From NCBI GenBank assembly GCA_028534125.1, contig CM052816.1, positions 91,452,001 through 91,516,000 of the forward strand: a stretch of DNA of 64,000 nt. The letters run 5' to 3'. Source of the DNA: Lama glama. Its lineage: Eukaryota. Below, piece after piece: positions 1 to 12,452 of this stretch; position 1 is the first letter of the stretch; each line of letters opens with the position of its first letter. The notes beneath the pieces were generated by a model. It made no database searches and had not been told where the DNA came from. It saw nothing but the letters and a program-made list of their open reading frames with translations. Made by a program: the position numbers and the translations under genes.

Positions 1-831
1 TCTCAACCTTGAATTTTCTTGCTAGATCACAGAATAGAATGTTATGGAAACCTAAGGTCTTAACATTTTTATATTCAGGCTAAAATTTCATTGATATTTT
101 CACTTAACAACCCTGAGAGAATTAGAAATTTTACTTATGCTTAGATGTCAGCTTTTGTTTATATTTTTACCCATAGCTCATATGATTTAAGAGAAATGAA
201 AAGCAAAGCCAACAAAAGTGAAATAGCCTATGTCAGGTTACAAAAGTAAACAGATTTTAATTAGATATTTCAGTTAAATCTTTTAAAATGTTGTTCTCAC
301 CCCATGAAATGGGACAATCAATACATGCATTGCCAACTTGAAGATTAATGAAATCACGACCTGCAAGTTTGCAGTAGATAGTTTATCCATTGGAGATGAA
401 AAGGAAAATTAGATGTACAGATTTCTACTTGCCACAGAAAAAGTCCACCAATAGCCTCCTTCTAAGGACTCGCTTTGGTTCAGAATGTGGAAAGCAAATG
501 GAAATCTACTAAAGCAGATTTCCAATCCTTAAAGCATTAACACAGAAGATAGACATTGATAGGGTTTTCAACCAAATATTGTTACATTGAGATTTGCAGA
601 GTTACTTACTTTATATGTTGTGAAGGTCACTGCAATCTTCCCATCTCCTGTCCATCTCTTAGGTGTTAGGCATGGGCCTAGGCATCTTGTAATTATCTGG
701 GTTAATGATTGTTTGACTCAAGCAAACATTTGATGATTAGGTCAACAAGACAGTGGGAGAGGCTCCTACAATTTACAGAGGCTGAAAACAAATCCTTGTA
801 AAGACTTTAGCTCTTCTACTTCTTCTAGGCC

Positions 832-859
832 GTGTGTGTGTGTGTGTGTGTGTGTGTGT
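832..859. repeat. (TG)n microsatellite
   Basis: About 14 TG units seen directly. Confidence 0.95.
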
Positions 860-3254
860 ATTTTGGAGGGACTGGGGCAAAACCCACTGTTGAGCAATGT
901 GGGTTCAGATCCCTAAACCCTTTTCATTTCCAGTCTTGGAGTGTATATTTTAGTCTCTCTTTGGTATCTCAAGGTGTTACTCTAACATATGAAAGAACAA
1001 TATTTGAGACCTTTTGTGTTTTAACAGCACTGTCATCCCTAGATAGAGTCAGTCTTGTCATCCTTGAGATTCCAGTGACGGTCACTCTTCTCTTTCTTAT
1101 TCCTTCTCATTTAGCAAAGATTTATTGAGCTCCTACTTTGTATCGGTCATTGAAGTAGGAAGAGGGTTCCTTCCAGTCTTCAGGGAATACATGGCTGATT
1201 GGGGCCACAGAGAGATAATACTCTGTTTTATCCCAGATTTGCTAAGAAGACAGAATTAGCAGAATTCAGTGCCCAGAGGATAGACTAGTCTATAGATGAT
1301 TCAGGTTTCAACCTAACTGGGGGATGGTCACGAACTGAAATAGGGATGGCAGGTTGAGAAGCAAACTCAACCTGTGTTCAGACCTTCTAGAAAAGACTGC
1401 GCTTCCCTCCCTGGCAGCTGGTGAGAGGTTATACTCCACATTAAAGTTTGCCTTTGCCATCCTGTTCTGTTCCCAGGCCAGGATGCCATCAGCACTGACG
1501 ACCCAGTGCTCTTTGAATCCAGGCTGATGACTGACTGCAGATTTCACTGAGGGAGAGGAAGACATAGAGGGTTGCAGTGTCGTAAAGTCAGCACCAGGGC
1601 TTTTCTTGTATGTTTCTTAGGAAAAAACAGTCATTTAGAGCCTTAACTATTATAATAATCATTTCTTCATGTATGCTGTTCTCCACTTTGGAGGTGGGGT
1701 GGATTAGCTCATCTATATTTGGACATTAGCCGGCCTCTAGTGTCAAGTTTCATGTTGTGGGAAGTTTCTGAATAATTTGTTGTCCTTATCATATTATTTT
1801 GATATGATAGACAGAAAAATTTTTTTTAACCAATGCTAATGATGATCTGTATCTGAACCCTTGAGCTTTAAACCCTCATGACCAGCCTGCCATTCTCAAC
1901 CTGGTTCTGGGAGTGGGGGAAGATATAGATACATATAATATTCAACAAAACAAAAATCAACTCATCTTTTATAGATACAAGTGCATTTTATGTAGGATAT
2001 TTCTTTTCATTATTTGTTCTGATTGGCAGCATTGGAAATATGTGTTCACAAAATCCCCATGTGTGATCAGAACGTTGTAGTTCCCAGAGGCCTGGGTTTT
2101 AGACTATCAACTGATGATAGCTTTCTTTGGTGGACTTAGTGGTTTTTCTGATGGAGTATGTATTGTCTTTTGATCTTTATATCTCTTAAGTTTTATATTT
2201 TTTGTTTTTTGTTGCTTTTCTAATATTTTTCTTTAAGCTTCATATATAGTTGAGTCTAACAAAAATAAACATCCATTATACATAGAAATGACTTGTGGTT
2301 ATTTCTTCAGGATTCATATTAACAAAATTCAACAATAGAGAAGTGACTTTTAAAGTGATTACCGCTACACTTACATCTAAGTCCCCATAGCTGTTGGGCA
2401 TTTGAATGACCGGTGCCTTAGGAAAATGTGCCAGGAGAATTAATGTAATATATTACATCCTAGCAAAGATTATTCCAGCAAAGGGGATCTTGGGCCACAG
2501 TCTTGTTTAGTTAACCCTCTTTTGTGCAACCACACTCTGGTCTTCACCAAGTAGTAGTGGGAATTAGGAGTGAACAATGTAGCCAGGTTGTGAGATTGAC
2601 TCTAATCTTCTCTAATTTTTTTGTCTTAAGTGAGATTAAATGGGACTCAAAGTCACCATCCTGCTTCTGGTGCACACTGACTTTTCAGAACGGCACAGGC
2701 TATATTTATAGAGTTTGGTTATGTGGAAATGTCACTGAGAGAGGTGGAAAGAGACAGAGAGGGAGAGGGAGAGGGAAAGAGAGAAGAATGTTGGCCAGGG
2801 AAAATGGTTAAATTTAACTGAGAAATACTGGACATTTTCGCAGTCAAGAGCCTTTTCTGGCCAAATATCTGCTATGAGCTGGGAGTCTGTTGGCATTCCC
2901 AAGAGTGGTGGTGACTGAACTGCTCACAGGCATTTTGCCTTTAGCCATTAACCTGTGTTACCAGGATCTTGCATTTCCTGGGAAAGCTCAGGTTGGTACA
3001 GATTACCAGATGAAGTGCTCACCACTGATAGTGTTGCCTTCATATAAGACTCCACAACCCTCTTCTCTCCTAGGATGGGGAGGGTTGGGAGGGGCAGTTT
3101 TATTGGCACTCCTAGAAATAGAACAGTGTCAGTGACACTCAAGGATATTAAAAGTGGCAACTAATTGTGTAACTTTTTCCAAATCATAGTCTCTGGGACT
3201 TAGTTTACTCATATTGTAAATAAGGGCTATGTAGTTTATATACTAGGTCCATCC

Positions 3255-3631
3255 TGTTCTGTCTGAGCTGCTGTAATGAAGCACCGCAGCCTGGGTCTCT
3301 TAAACAATAAACATTTATTTCTTACAGTGAAGGCAGTGGGAAATCCAAAGTCAAGGTGCTGGCGTATTAAGTCTGATGAGGGCCCTCTTCCTGGTTTGCA
3401 GACAGCCGTCTTCTTGCTATGTCCTCACGTGATCTTTCTTTGGTGTACACACACACACACACACACGGAAAAATTTTGTCACTTCCTCTTTTTATAAGGA
3501 CGTTAAACACCCTCATGACTTTATATAATTCCAATGACCTCCCAACGATCCCACTTCCAAATACCATCATGTTGGGGATTAGGGCTTCAACATACGAATT
3601 CTGCGGAGATACATACATTCAATCCATAGCA
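3255..3631 (-). mobile_element. MaLR solo LTR, MLT1A-like
   Basis: Reverse complement starts tgctatggattgaatgtatgt and contains the gtgaggacatagcaagaagacggctgtctgcaaaccaggaagagggccctca and aataaatgtttattgtttaag blocks typical of MLT1A/A0; internal (CA)n. Confidence 0.85.
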
Positions 3632-3724
3632 AGATGTCTCTCAGTTGGTCATTCTATGTCTAGGAGAGAGTGCTGTACGTTGGAAATTTAGCATGAGTAG
3701 GATTGCAGCTCTCACAATAGACAA

Positions 3725-3915
3725 GCTTTGGGCTTCAATCTCAGAGCTAATATCTTCACAATGTTGGACAATTTGCTAAATCTCTCTAGGTCTCAATTTC
3801 CTTAACTGTGAGACTATTCAATAGTAGTATCTGTGTATAGGGTTGCAGTCAAGATTAAATGAGAGTCGTGCATGTGAAGTACCCAGCACAGCGCTTGACA
3901 CAGAACAAATCCCTG
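3725..3915 (+). mobile_element. MIR SINE
   Basis: MIR core-like tctctaggtctcaatttccttaactgtgag...agggttgcagtcaagattaaatgaga...cccagcacag. Confidence 0.7.
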
Positions 3916-6354
3916 ATAAAAATTTTACTTTTTAAATTATGAAAAATAACCAGATCTATTCAAACAAGAACCAAGACTGGCAACACAAGAAATGAAATGA
4001 TTAGACTGGTGGTTTGGTAGTTACTATCAAAATTTGTTTATATTTGACCATATATTTTTCAAGCCTTGTTTAATTATAATATATCATTTGTCTATATTGA
4101 AATAAATATAGACAAACAGTGTGTGCATGTATGTGTGTGCACACACACATAGAGATACATGCACACACGTGAACGCATGTACCTTGATAGTTTTCCATTA
4201 CTTCTTGGGTAACCAGCTCAGTTCCTACTACCAAGAATTTCAACTAACTCACTACTTCCAAATTTAGGATATACTTTACTTATATAAACAGTGTGCTTTT
4301 ATTTCAGTGAAACCAGAAACTATTTAAACCTGCTCTTTTGTTAAAGATTATTCCCTAACAAAAATGTTCCTTTGCACATCAATAGGGGATGCTCCAATTA
4401 CATGTTTCTGACAAGAAAATGATTAGAAGCAACCAACCAGACATACACAGATACATACACATTCTCAAGCTGCAAAATGCCAGATTCCCATGAATCACAC
4501 CTTGTTGGCATCTTTGCCATTAATAATGTAGCAAGTGTCATAAAATATTTAATATTTACATTTTATAGTAATTATCATTGCTTTCCCCTTCAGGGTTAGT
4601 GGCTCAGATGAAGAAGTAAATCTAAGCCTGTTTTCATGTGACCTGAAATGTCAAGGTGACAAATTCATTTTAAGGCTTGACTTGAGGTATTAGAGTGAAG
4701 GCTACTGAACGAAGCAAACTGGTCAGTTATAAAACCGGAGGGGACCGATCATCAGTAAGAAAGGAGGGCAGCAGGATGTTCAATAGCTGGATTCTCAACA
4801 CAGGAACTAGAGTTAAACGAATTGTTACCTCTGGATTTCAATGATCATAGTAGTCAAGTCTTCTCATAACCACTAGTACAGATGACTTTTACTAGAAAAT
4901 CTAAAGGAGAAAGGGGAAAAGTATACATTACAGAAGATAAGTTTGGGGGTGGGATAGGGTTCCTCAGTAAATTTCAGTAAAATTTAAGCCTCTAAATGGT
5001 GAGAAGTAATTCTAAACATTCACAAGGAATAAGGCAAAATCTAAACATCCTTCATAACTTGAATACAATTCAGAACCAGCACCTGGAGCTGGAAATTCAG
5101 GACGACTACGTCTTCATGAAAACTTCAAGTAGTTCTCTTTCTTTAAAATAGGTTCAAAATGTACTATAAAGACCTATGGGATTTATTTCTGCAGGTTGGG
5201 TAGATTTATGTATTTAGAAAAAGGCTACCAGGAATATGTTCCCAGAAAATGACTTTGAGCTCAAGTGAATGATCTGATTGCTGGCCTTTCAAAGGAAATC
5301 AATAATAATAAAAAAAAATAGGATTCTGTGAAATGAATGGTTTCCCCTGGTGAAGCCAGGCCCCCATCACTGCACTTATCCAGAATGAACCTGACACAGA
5401 CTATAATGGCTTTGTGATTAGTGTGAATGAATGTTCCTCAACACACAGATCCACTATTGATTTTTTTAATTAATAATAATGTCTTATATTTACATTAGTT
5501 ATCATCTCCAAGGAAATCGGAGTGCTTTATAGTTGATGAATTCCAATTTATCTTCATACCATTGTGCTGAATGTATAGATTAGGAATTCCAGTTGCATTT
5601 TAAGGAGGAAAAAAAAAAAACCCAGAAAAGCTAAATCATTGTCCATGGAGACTTCAGAAAGCTAAAATTAGAATTATCAGTTGAAATCTGGTAGTCTTGA
5701 CTTATAATTCTGGCTGTTTTCCAAAAACATCTGGTCAGATGGATCAACTCTTAGGAAAAAGGAATCAAACAATTATTTGAATTGCGATGATTAATAGAAC
5801 TTTACATTTCTTTTAAAAATTTTGGGGATGTACTTAACTAGGTTTAAGACATTTTTATTTATTAGACTACATGCATTTTTAGTGGCCTATGTTAATATCT
5901 TTGGAATGCTCTTAAGTCACGTGTGTCAGAAGTCTATCTCCTGGTAAGGGAACGATGTAAAACTTGAATTCTATTAGGTAGGTGTGATTTTTCAAAGGCT
6001 GGACATCTCCATTGCTTACCTGGCATTAGTTTAGCTGACAAAAAAAGAAATACTCTCCCCAACAAAAAAGTGTTCAAAACCCTTACTTGTACCTAAGGGA
6101 AGGTTACAACCATTCTTTCAATCACCCATTCCTCCAGCCTTAAAAATGTGAGACTGATTTTCTTCCCCTTCTTGCAATACAATTTCTGTTAGTTTTTCCC
6201 CCGACAAGTTGGTTAGTTTGTTTCTCTGTATTCTGTTTCCTGCTGCCCCTCTGCTCCTCACCTACAATGTCTTAACCTCCGTGTCTGTCTCCCCTACTTC
6301 TGTTGTCTATTCCTCAACACATCTTAGGTCAATTTTCCTGATAAATTCTCTGTG

Positions 6355-6960
6355 ACTTTTGAAATTATGAATTATTCCGGTGCACCAAAAGTATACAGAA
6401 TAGCATGTTAAACATTCATTCACTACCCAGATGAAAAAAAAAAAGTGACATTAGAGATACATTCAAAAGTCGTCTTTGAAGCCTCGCCCTGATTTCATCT
6501 TTTTCCTTCCCCACTATCACGAATTTAATGATTATTCTTCTCATGTGCATTTTTACATTTTTACCATATATAGACTGTATCCCTAAAAATGTATAGTATT
6601 TCTTCACTCCAATTATTTATATTTCTGAAATTTTCATTTTTTTATACGGCTTTAAGATTTCCAGTGTTATTTTAAGATTTATCCACATTAGTGCATTGAG
6701 TTTGTTCCCTTCTCTTTTATTGCTGTCTTCCTTTGCGTCCAAACACTACAATTTTTCCATTCTTCTCAGGATGGACATTGAGACTGTTTGCAATCTTTTT
6801 TCTCAAATACAAACAAATATGTAATAAACATGTTTTAACATACATCCTTTTTTTCTATTTATTTATGAGTGTTTCTCTAGGATATATACCCAAAGTAAAT
6901 GAACATAGGACCTTCTCGTTGTCAATTTTTGGTTAAAAAACGGTTGTTATCAACTGACAC
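6355..6960 (-). mobile_element. Ancient L1 (L1M-type) 3' fragment
   Basis: Degenerate antisense L1 blocks: agatttatccaca, gatggacattgagactgtttgcaatc, tttctctaggatatataccca. Confidence 0.6.
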
Positions 6961-7458
6961 GCCCTGCATACGTGCCACGTTCCATCTTAAGAAAAACTTT
7001 GTTGGCCTTTCCATTAGCTTTCAAAAGGAACTTCAATTCCTTTGAAAGAGAAGCACCTACTCACTTCTCTATCTGAAGGGACCTCCCCGCCAGGGACTCC
7101 TTTTTGTGATGGATCACAAATTCAAAAGCTTTTGGACTTCACGCTGAAATATGTGTGAAAAATGCAGGGCATCATAAATGCCCAAAGTATGTTCCGAGCC
7201 ATAGTGAGCAAGTAAATTATACTCATGATGGCTTGACTGTCTGCCTGGTAGGGCATTCTTATTTCTGAATATTGACCACTCCTGTGCAATATGAGTAATA
7301 GCTTTCCATTAGACATACTATTTGAGAAGTCCGAATTCCATGCTTTAGACCATGATGAGTAACTGAGAACTGACCATTTCTTTAATCTCTTGTATGCAAA
7401 ATAACATACCCAACTTATGAGTATGACCAGACATTTTTCTTTTCTCCTTGAATTTTAG

Positions 7459-7781
7459 GTCTCATTGTCCATGAAGGAGCTGCAGTTTACAGAGTGTTTA
7501 AGCGTTGGCGAGCTGTTAACTTACACTGGGATGTATTAAATTACGACAAAGCCACAGACATCGAAGAAAGCAGCCGCGGAGAGTCTTCCACAAGCAGGAC
7601 TTTATGGTTGCCATTGACGGCTCTACGGAACAGGAACTTGGTCCACCCCACACAATTAACCTCCCCAAGGTTTCAGTGTGGCTATGTGTTATTACATCTG
7701 TTCAATCGGATGAGGCCCCATGAAGATCTGTCAGAAGATAACAGCTCGGGGGAGGTTGTCATGAGAGTGACTTCAGTGTGA
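7459..7781 (+). CDS. MARCHF11: Terminal coding exon of E3 ubiquitin-protein ligase MARCHF11 (MARCH-XI), C-terminal cytoplasmic tail
   Basis: After a phase-1 acceptor it reads (G)[106 protein letters not shown], which I recognise as the MARCH11 tail (MARCH4/9/11 subfamily). Contains the YXXphi motif YVLL (7683-7694) and class I PDZ ligand VTSV (7767-7778); TGA at 7779-7781. The ORF-track start at 7494 is an internal Val codon. Confidence 0.96.
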
Positions 7782-8110
7782 CAAAGTTAAGAAGGTGTGG
7801 TGTGGACCCCCCTGCACATTTTGGAATGTAATTGCAATGAATGGCAAAACCATAGCACTTCTAAAAACACACATCTATGAACTTTTTAAAATTTATGCTT
7901 TTTATATGAACATTTGAATTGCAAATACATTTTTCTGAAAAAATAGAGTCCTCCTGTTCTTTGCTTTCTGATTTATCACATCTTTTATAAGTTGGTACTT
8001 GAAATCATTATACATATTATTTAACTCTACTTGGTTAAAAGAATGATGAAAGTTATCCTTAAGGTCAAAACTATTTTTTCTTGCTTGTTTTAAATATATT
8101 TTTATCAAAC
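7782..8110 (+). other. MARCHF11: Probable MARCHF11 3' UTR (3' end uncertain)
   Basis: AU-rich non-repetitive sequence after the stop; only non-canonical hexamers (TTTAAA 8089, AATATA 8093) followed by U/GU-rich sequence at 8111-8133. Confidence 0.55.
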
Positions 8111-8400
8111 TTTTTGCTCCATGTGTAATTTTTCAAGCATGCTACAAATGCGGAAGAGTTAGGATGCTGTGGGCAAGTTCCAAAGTGCCTCTCAAGTGCG
8201 AAGCACAAAGACTTTTCTGTGAGGCTCTGCACTGGTCCTCTTCATACCTCATGCTGGTCAGCAAACTTGAGCATGACTTTTTTTTGTGAGTGAAATAACC
8301 TGTCACCAGGAATGCTAGTTCTAGGAATTATAGCTTGTTTTCTAACTTCTAAAACAAAACAGAGAGCTTATGGAAAGATGGTTGGTATAAAATAGTTTTA

Positions 8401-8848
8401 CAGGCATACTTTGAAGATATTGTGGGTTCAGCTCCAGACCCACAATAAAGTGAGTCACTAGAATTTTTTGGTTTTCCAGAGCCTATGAAAGTTATGTTTT
8501 CACTCTACTGCAGTCCATTAAGTGTGCAATAGCATTACTTCTAAAAACACAATGTACTTAAGTTTATTTAAAAAATCTAAAAAAAGCTAAACATCATCTA
8601 CACCTTCAAGTTATAATAATAACAGAAAAGATCACTGATCACAGATCATCATAACAAGGATAATAATGAAAACATCTGAAATGTTCCAAGAATTACCGAA
8701 ACGTGACACAGACACAACGTGGGCAAATGCTGTTGGAGAAATGGTGCCGATAGACTTGCTCTACACTGGGTTGACCTAGACCTCCAATTTGTGAAAAAAC
8801 ACAATGTCTGTAAAGCACAATAAAGTACAATAAAATGAGGTGTGCCTG
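8401..8848 (-). mobile_element. Tigger1 internal-deletion derivative (Tc1/mariner MITE, Tigger1a_Art-like)
   Basis: Terminal inverted repeats caggcatact... / ...aggtgtgcctg with TA target duplication at 8399-8400 and 8849-8850; both Tigger1 ends present, transposase absent (448 bp). Confidence 0.9.
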
Positions 8849-10273
8849 TACACCAGGACATAGTTACATAGGGAGGGTGTCCTGCATACTTATAACCCTA
8901 AAAGCTCACCAAAATGTTGCATCATTTCATGTGTAATATACTGCCTCACCCGTGCACAGCCCTCTCATAGACACATCACAATTATTTTGGTTAATTATTA
9001 GTGCATTGATCTCTATGAGTACCATCTTATTAGCTTTTCTTTTTGTAAAAGCTTATATTCCTACTTAATCATTTAAACACCGATTCTATTACTTGGTTTA
9101 ATGAAGTCCCGGGAAATACATTCTCCAGCAGCAAGAAGTGTTTCTCTTTTACTAGATAAGTATTTTTCAAATGAAAAGAGGAAAGGAAAAATGAGGCTAT
9201 TGACTCCCCAGGAACGGGCTGCTAAGTAGTGATACCTGGGGATTTTCCACCTTTTAATCCTCTTGATGGAGGGAAATGGAACACGTTAGTCGGCAAGGGC
9301 AGAACAGACGAGGAGGCGGTGGTTATGCTTTCCTTAGAAACGTGGGCTCAACATGTAGGTCATTTGAAGTAATTGATGATTCAATGTTAAAGCATATGAA
9401 ATAAAATGGTTTACATTCTATTTTCTAAAAATAACCTTTGAATGATAAATAATAGAATAATGTTTATAGGTAGCATTGTGATTCTTACATAGCAAATTCT
9501 ACCAATACTTGAAATTATATTTTCTCAATTGAAAAAACTGTGTCACAGGTGAGTTAAGGATGTGACAATTTGTAGAAATGTGAAGGAAAAATCAGGAAGT
9601 CATGAAAGAAGGAAAATTCAACCACTATTTCGGGGCAGATCTTAGAAGTGAGAGTGTTGTTTGTTTGAATCTGACTTTACGTGAGCACCGTCCTGGGTGA
9701 GGCACCGGGAGGTGGAGATCGTCCTATCAGTCTGGTCCCTGCTCTCAGTCTTGCCACCTGGGACCGGAAGGCAGGTTATTCAGTAGAGACACCAGGGATG
9801 CAAATCCACTGTCAAAGCAACAATCCATTATTTGTGCTCTGCAGGTGTTGGTCTTTGTCCTGGATGCTTTAACCACTAAAGAAGAGGCATCAACAACATC
9901 ACGTTTAACGGAGAATAATTGTGGGTACTGTTGTTTGGAGCATTGTGTTAAAAAATACTGGATAAAGGGACTTTAGACACAGATTAGACTAGCACTGCTC
10001 TGGTATTTAGCCAGCCTGCACTTCTAACCAGTGTACACCTTTGTGTTCATACCAACTCACTCAAAAATCAGGAGGAGCAGCAGATGAGAAACCCTCTCTC
10101 TGGGACACATGTGTGGGGAGCACGAGGTGGAGACAGGAGTGCACAGTGGGTCTGTCCACCTGAAAGGAAGATGCAGCCCTAGCCACCCCTCCTTCCCAGT
10201 GCCTTGTCCTTTGGATTCCCTTTTGTCTAAATCCATTATCTCCCCTCACTGTCTTCACAGTCCCCAACTCCCA

Positions 10274-10356
10274 ACACAGACACATACACACTCTCACACT
10301 CATACACACTCTCACACTCACACACACACACACATACACACACACATACACATACA
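10274..10356. repeat. Degenerate (CA)n/(CACT)n microsatellite
   Basis: Seen directly. Confidence 0.9.
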
Positions 10357-10709
10357 TGACCCAAATCGATGCTGAGATAAGGATTTGGCAGGATTTCCAC
10401 TCAACAAAATATACAGTCCACAAAATGATTACATAGAAACTCAAACACTCTGGGTAGAAGGTGGAGGGAGTGCATTTAGAGAATTGAATTCACTGCTTAA
10501 AAATCATTAAAATCCTAGTATGCAATGAATTATGATACAAAAAATGAACTTTCAATTGTGAATACTGAAATTCAAACTCAGGCTGTCTTAAATTTCAAAG
10601 CCATTCATGGTAAAAGAATACGCTGGAAATACTTTGTTTAAAAATCTTTTCCAATATATAAAAACTTGCACCTATATCCATTCTGTCTCTTTTCAACCAC
10701 TAATCTGCA

Positions 10710-11030
10710 TGCAGCGCAAACATTGACGAAGCACCCTCCATGTGCCAGACACCATCCACAGAGACCATGGAAAGACCCAGGTTCGCAGGAAGATGCAGAG
10801 TAGGGGTGTGCCATCGTGTTGTACACGTCAGGTTATAGGTGAGTGAAGGGAGGTGGTGGTCCACAGGCGCAGTCGGGTGTCCCTGGGGCAGCTGGAGAAG
10901 GCATCTACTGAGAAGCTGTCAGGACTTGGGTGCTGAAGCATGAGGAGGGCAGAGAGGATGGGATCTGGAGCCTGGGAGCAGTGGCTGAACTTCAACTTCA
11001 ACCAGAGGGGAAGGAGGAAAGAGAGGGGAG
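10710..11030 (-). mobile_element. L2 LINE 3' fragment
   Basis: caaacattgacgaagcaccctccatgtgccagacacc resembles the antisense L2 3' terminus, followed by purine-rich L2-like sequence. Confidence 0.5.
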
Positions 11031-11114
11031 AGGTGCAGGTAAGTCTGTAGCTTTGGGGGAAGGAAATACAGGGGCCTCTGCCTAGTGGATCCTGTTTTCT
11101 CTTTGAAATAGGAA

Positions 11115-12452
11115 ACAAGGCATCTCAAAATCTATCCAAACCAGAACTGATTATCTCTCCTCCAAAACCTGCTCCCCTGCCATCTCCACAAATGGAAATT
11201 GCATGCTGGTAGTTAGCTGCTTAGGTCAAAAATCTTAGTGTCATCCCTAAATTCTTTCATTCGCTTGTATCCCACATTAACTCCATTAGTGAAGTCTGCG
11301 GGTTCACCCTTTAACAGTTTCCCCGAGTCTAATCACTGGTCATTACCTCCCACCCTGGTTACCACTGTATCGCTCACAGGGCCCTGCTGCAGCAGCTCCC
11401 TTACCCAGTTGTGCTGGGTTGAGTTTTGTCCTCCCCTTCCATGTTCATATCCACATGAAACCTAAGAACGTGACCTTATTTGGAAGTAGAGTTTTACATA
11501 TGTAACTAGTTAGGATGAGATCATACTGGATTTCTAAATCCAACAGCAGTGTCCTTGTAAGAAGGCCACGTGAAGACGCACAGACATACAGACACACAAG
11601 GAAGAATGTCACAGGTTGATGGAGGCAGAGACTGGAGTGGTGCAGCTGCAAACCAGGGATAGTCAGCAGCCACCAGAAGCCAGGAAGAGGTGAAGAAGGA
11701 TGCGCCCCTGGAACCTTCAGAGAGAGAACATGGCTCTGCAAACAGCTTGATTTTGGACTTCTGGACTCCAGAACTGTGAGAGAGTAAATTTCTGTTGCTT
11801 GAAGCCACACAGTTCGGGGTACCAAATTTGCTATGGTGGCCCCAGGAATCTAGTGCAGTCTTCTTGTTCCCCACCCGTCCTAGCACAACAGAGCAGCGGT
11901 CATCATTGCAGAATGTACATCAGATCACGTCACTCCTCGACTCAAACGCCTAAGGAGGCCCCTTCCTGCTGAGCATGAAGTCAGTGTTCTCATTCTCAAG
12001 GTCCCACGTGATCTCCCTCTGGCTTCCCCTCTGACGTCAGCTCCTACACCTCTTCCCACTCGCTCAGTCTGACTCTTGCTTGTTTTCAAACCTAGAAAGC
12101 ACATTCCTGCTTCAGAACTTTTGCACTGGCTTCTCCTTTGCCTAGAACACTCTTGCCCTCATGTGCTCACAGCACCACCTCACTTTCTTCCTGCCATGAG
12201 GTCCTTCCAGACCACTCCAAAATGGCCCCCTCCTCCCATTCCCTGCTCCCTCACTTTGCTTTATTTTCCTTGTAAAACCTTTAGCAGCCACCCAGTACCT
12301 GCCGATTTGCTCAGTAGACTTTCTCTCCGTACAACATGAGCTCCATGAGAGCGGCGACCACGCTGGTTCACTACTGCTTCCCAGCCTAGAAGAATGGCTG
12401 GCACCGAGTGGGCATTCAACAAATACTTTTTTAAAAAAATAAATAAATGAAT
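11115..12452 (+). mobile_element. L2 LINE 3' portion, interrupted by a MaLR LTR
   Basis: ggcatctcaaa...tccaaaccagaact...aaacctgctccc, cagatcacgtcactcctc, and terminus ggcaccgagtgggcattcaacaaatac...aataaatgaat. Confidence 0.8.
11410..11857 (+). mobile_element. MaLR solo LTR, MLT1C-like, nested in L2
   Basis: TG...CA ends; gtgaccttatttggaa, ggaggcagagactggagtg, ttttggacttctggactccagaactgtgagagagtaaatttctgttg. Confidence 0.85.

Larger units (their letters stand above)
1..7458 (+). other. MARCHF11: 3' part of the last intron of MARCHF11
   Basis: Ends in a polypyrimidine tract and AG acceptor (tttttcttttctccttgaattttAG, AG at 7457-7458) directly before the recognised coding exon; no upstream coding exon recognised in the window. 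Confidence 0.85.

Noticed and set aside
4578..4660. Possible cryptic exon after ttgctttccccttcAG in the last intron
   Set aside because: Acceptor-like only; no convincing donor or MARCH-like coding sequence, and no transcript evidence available.
10061..10444. VC/HT-repeat ORFs (also 832, 3276-3691, 13697, 55735)
   Set aside because: Translations of (TG)n/(CA)n microsatellites or MaLR LTRs.
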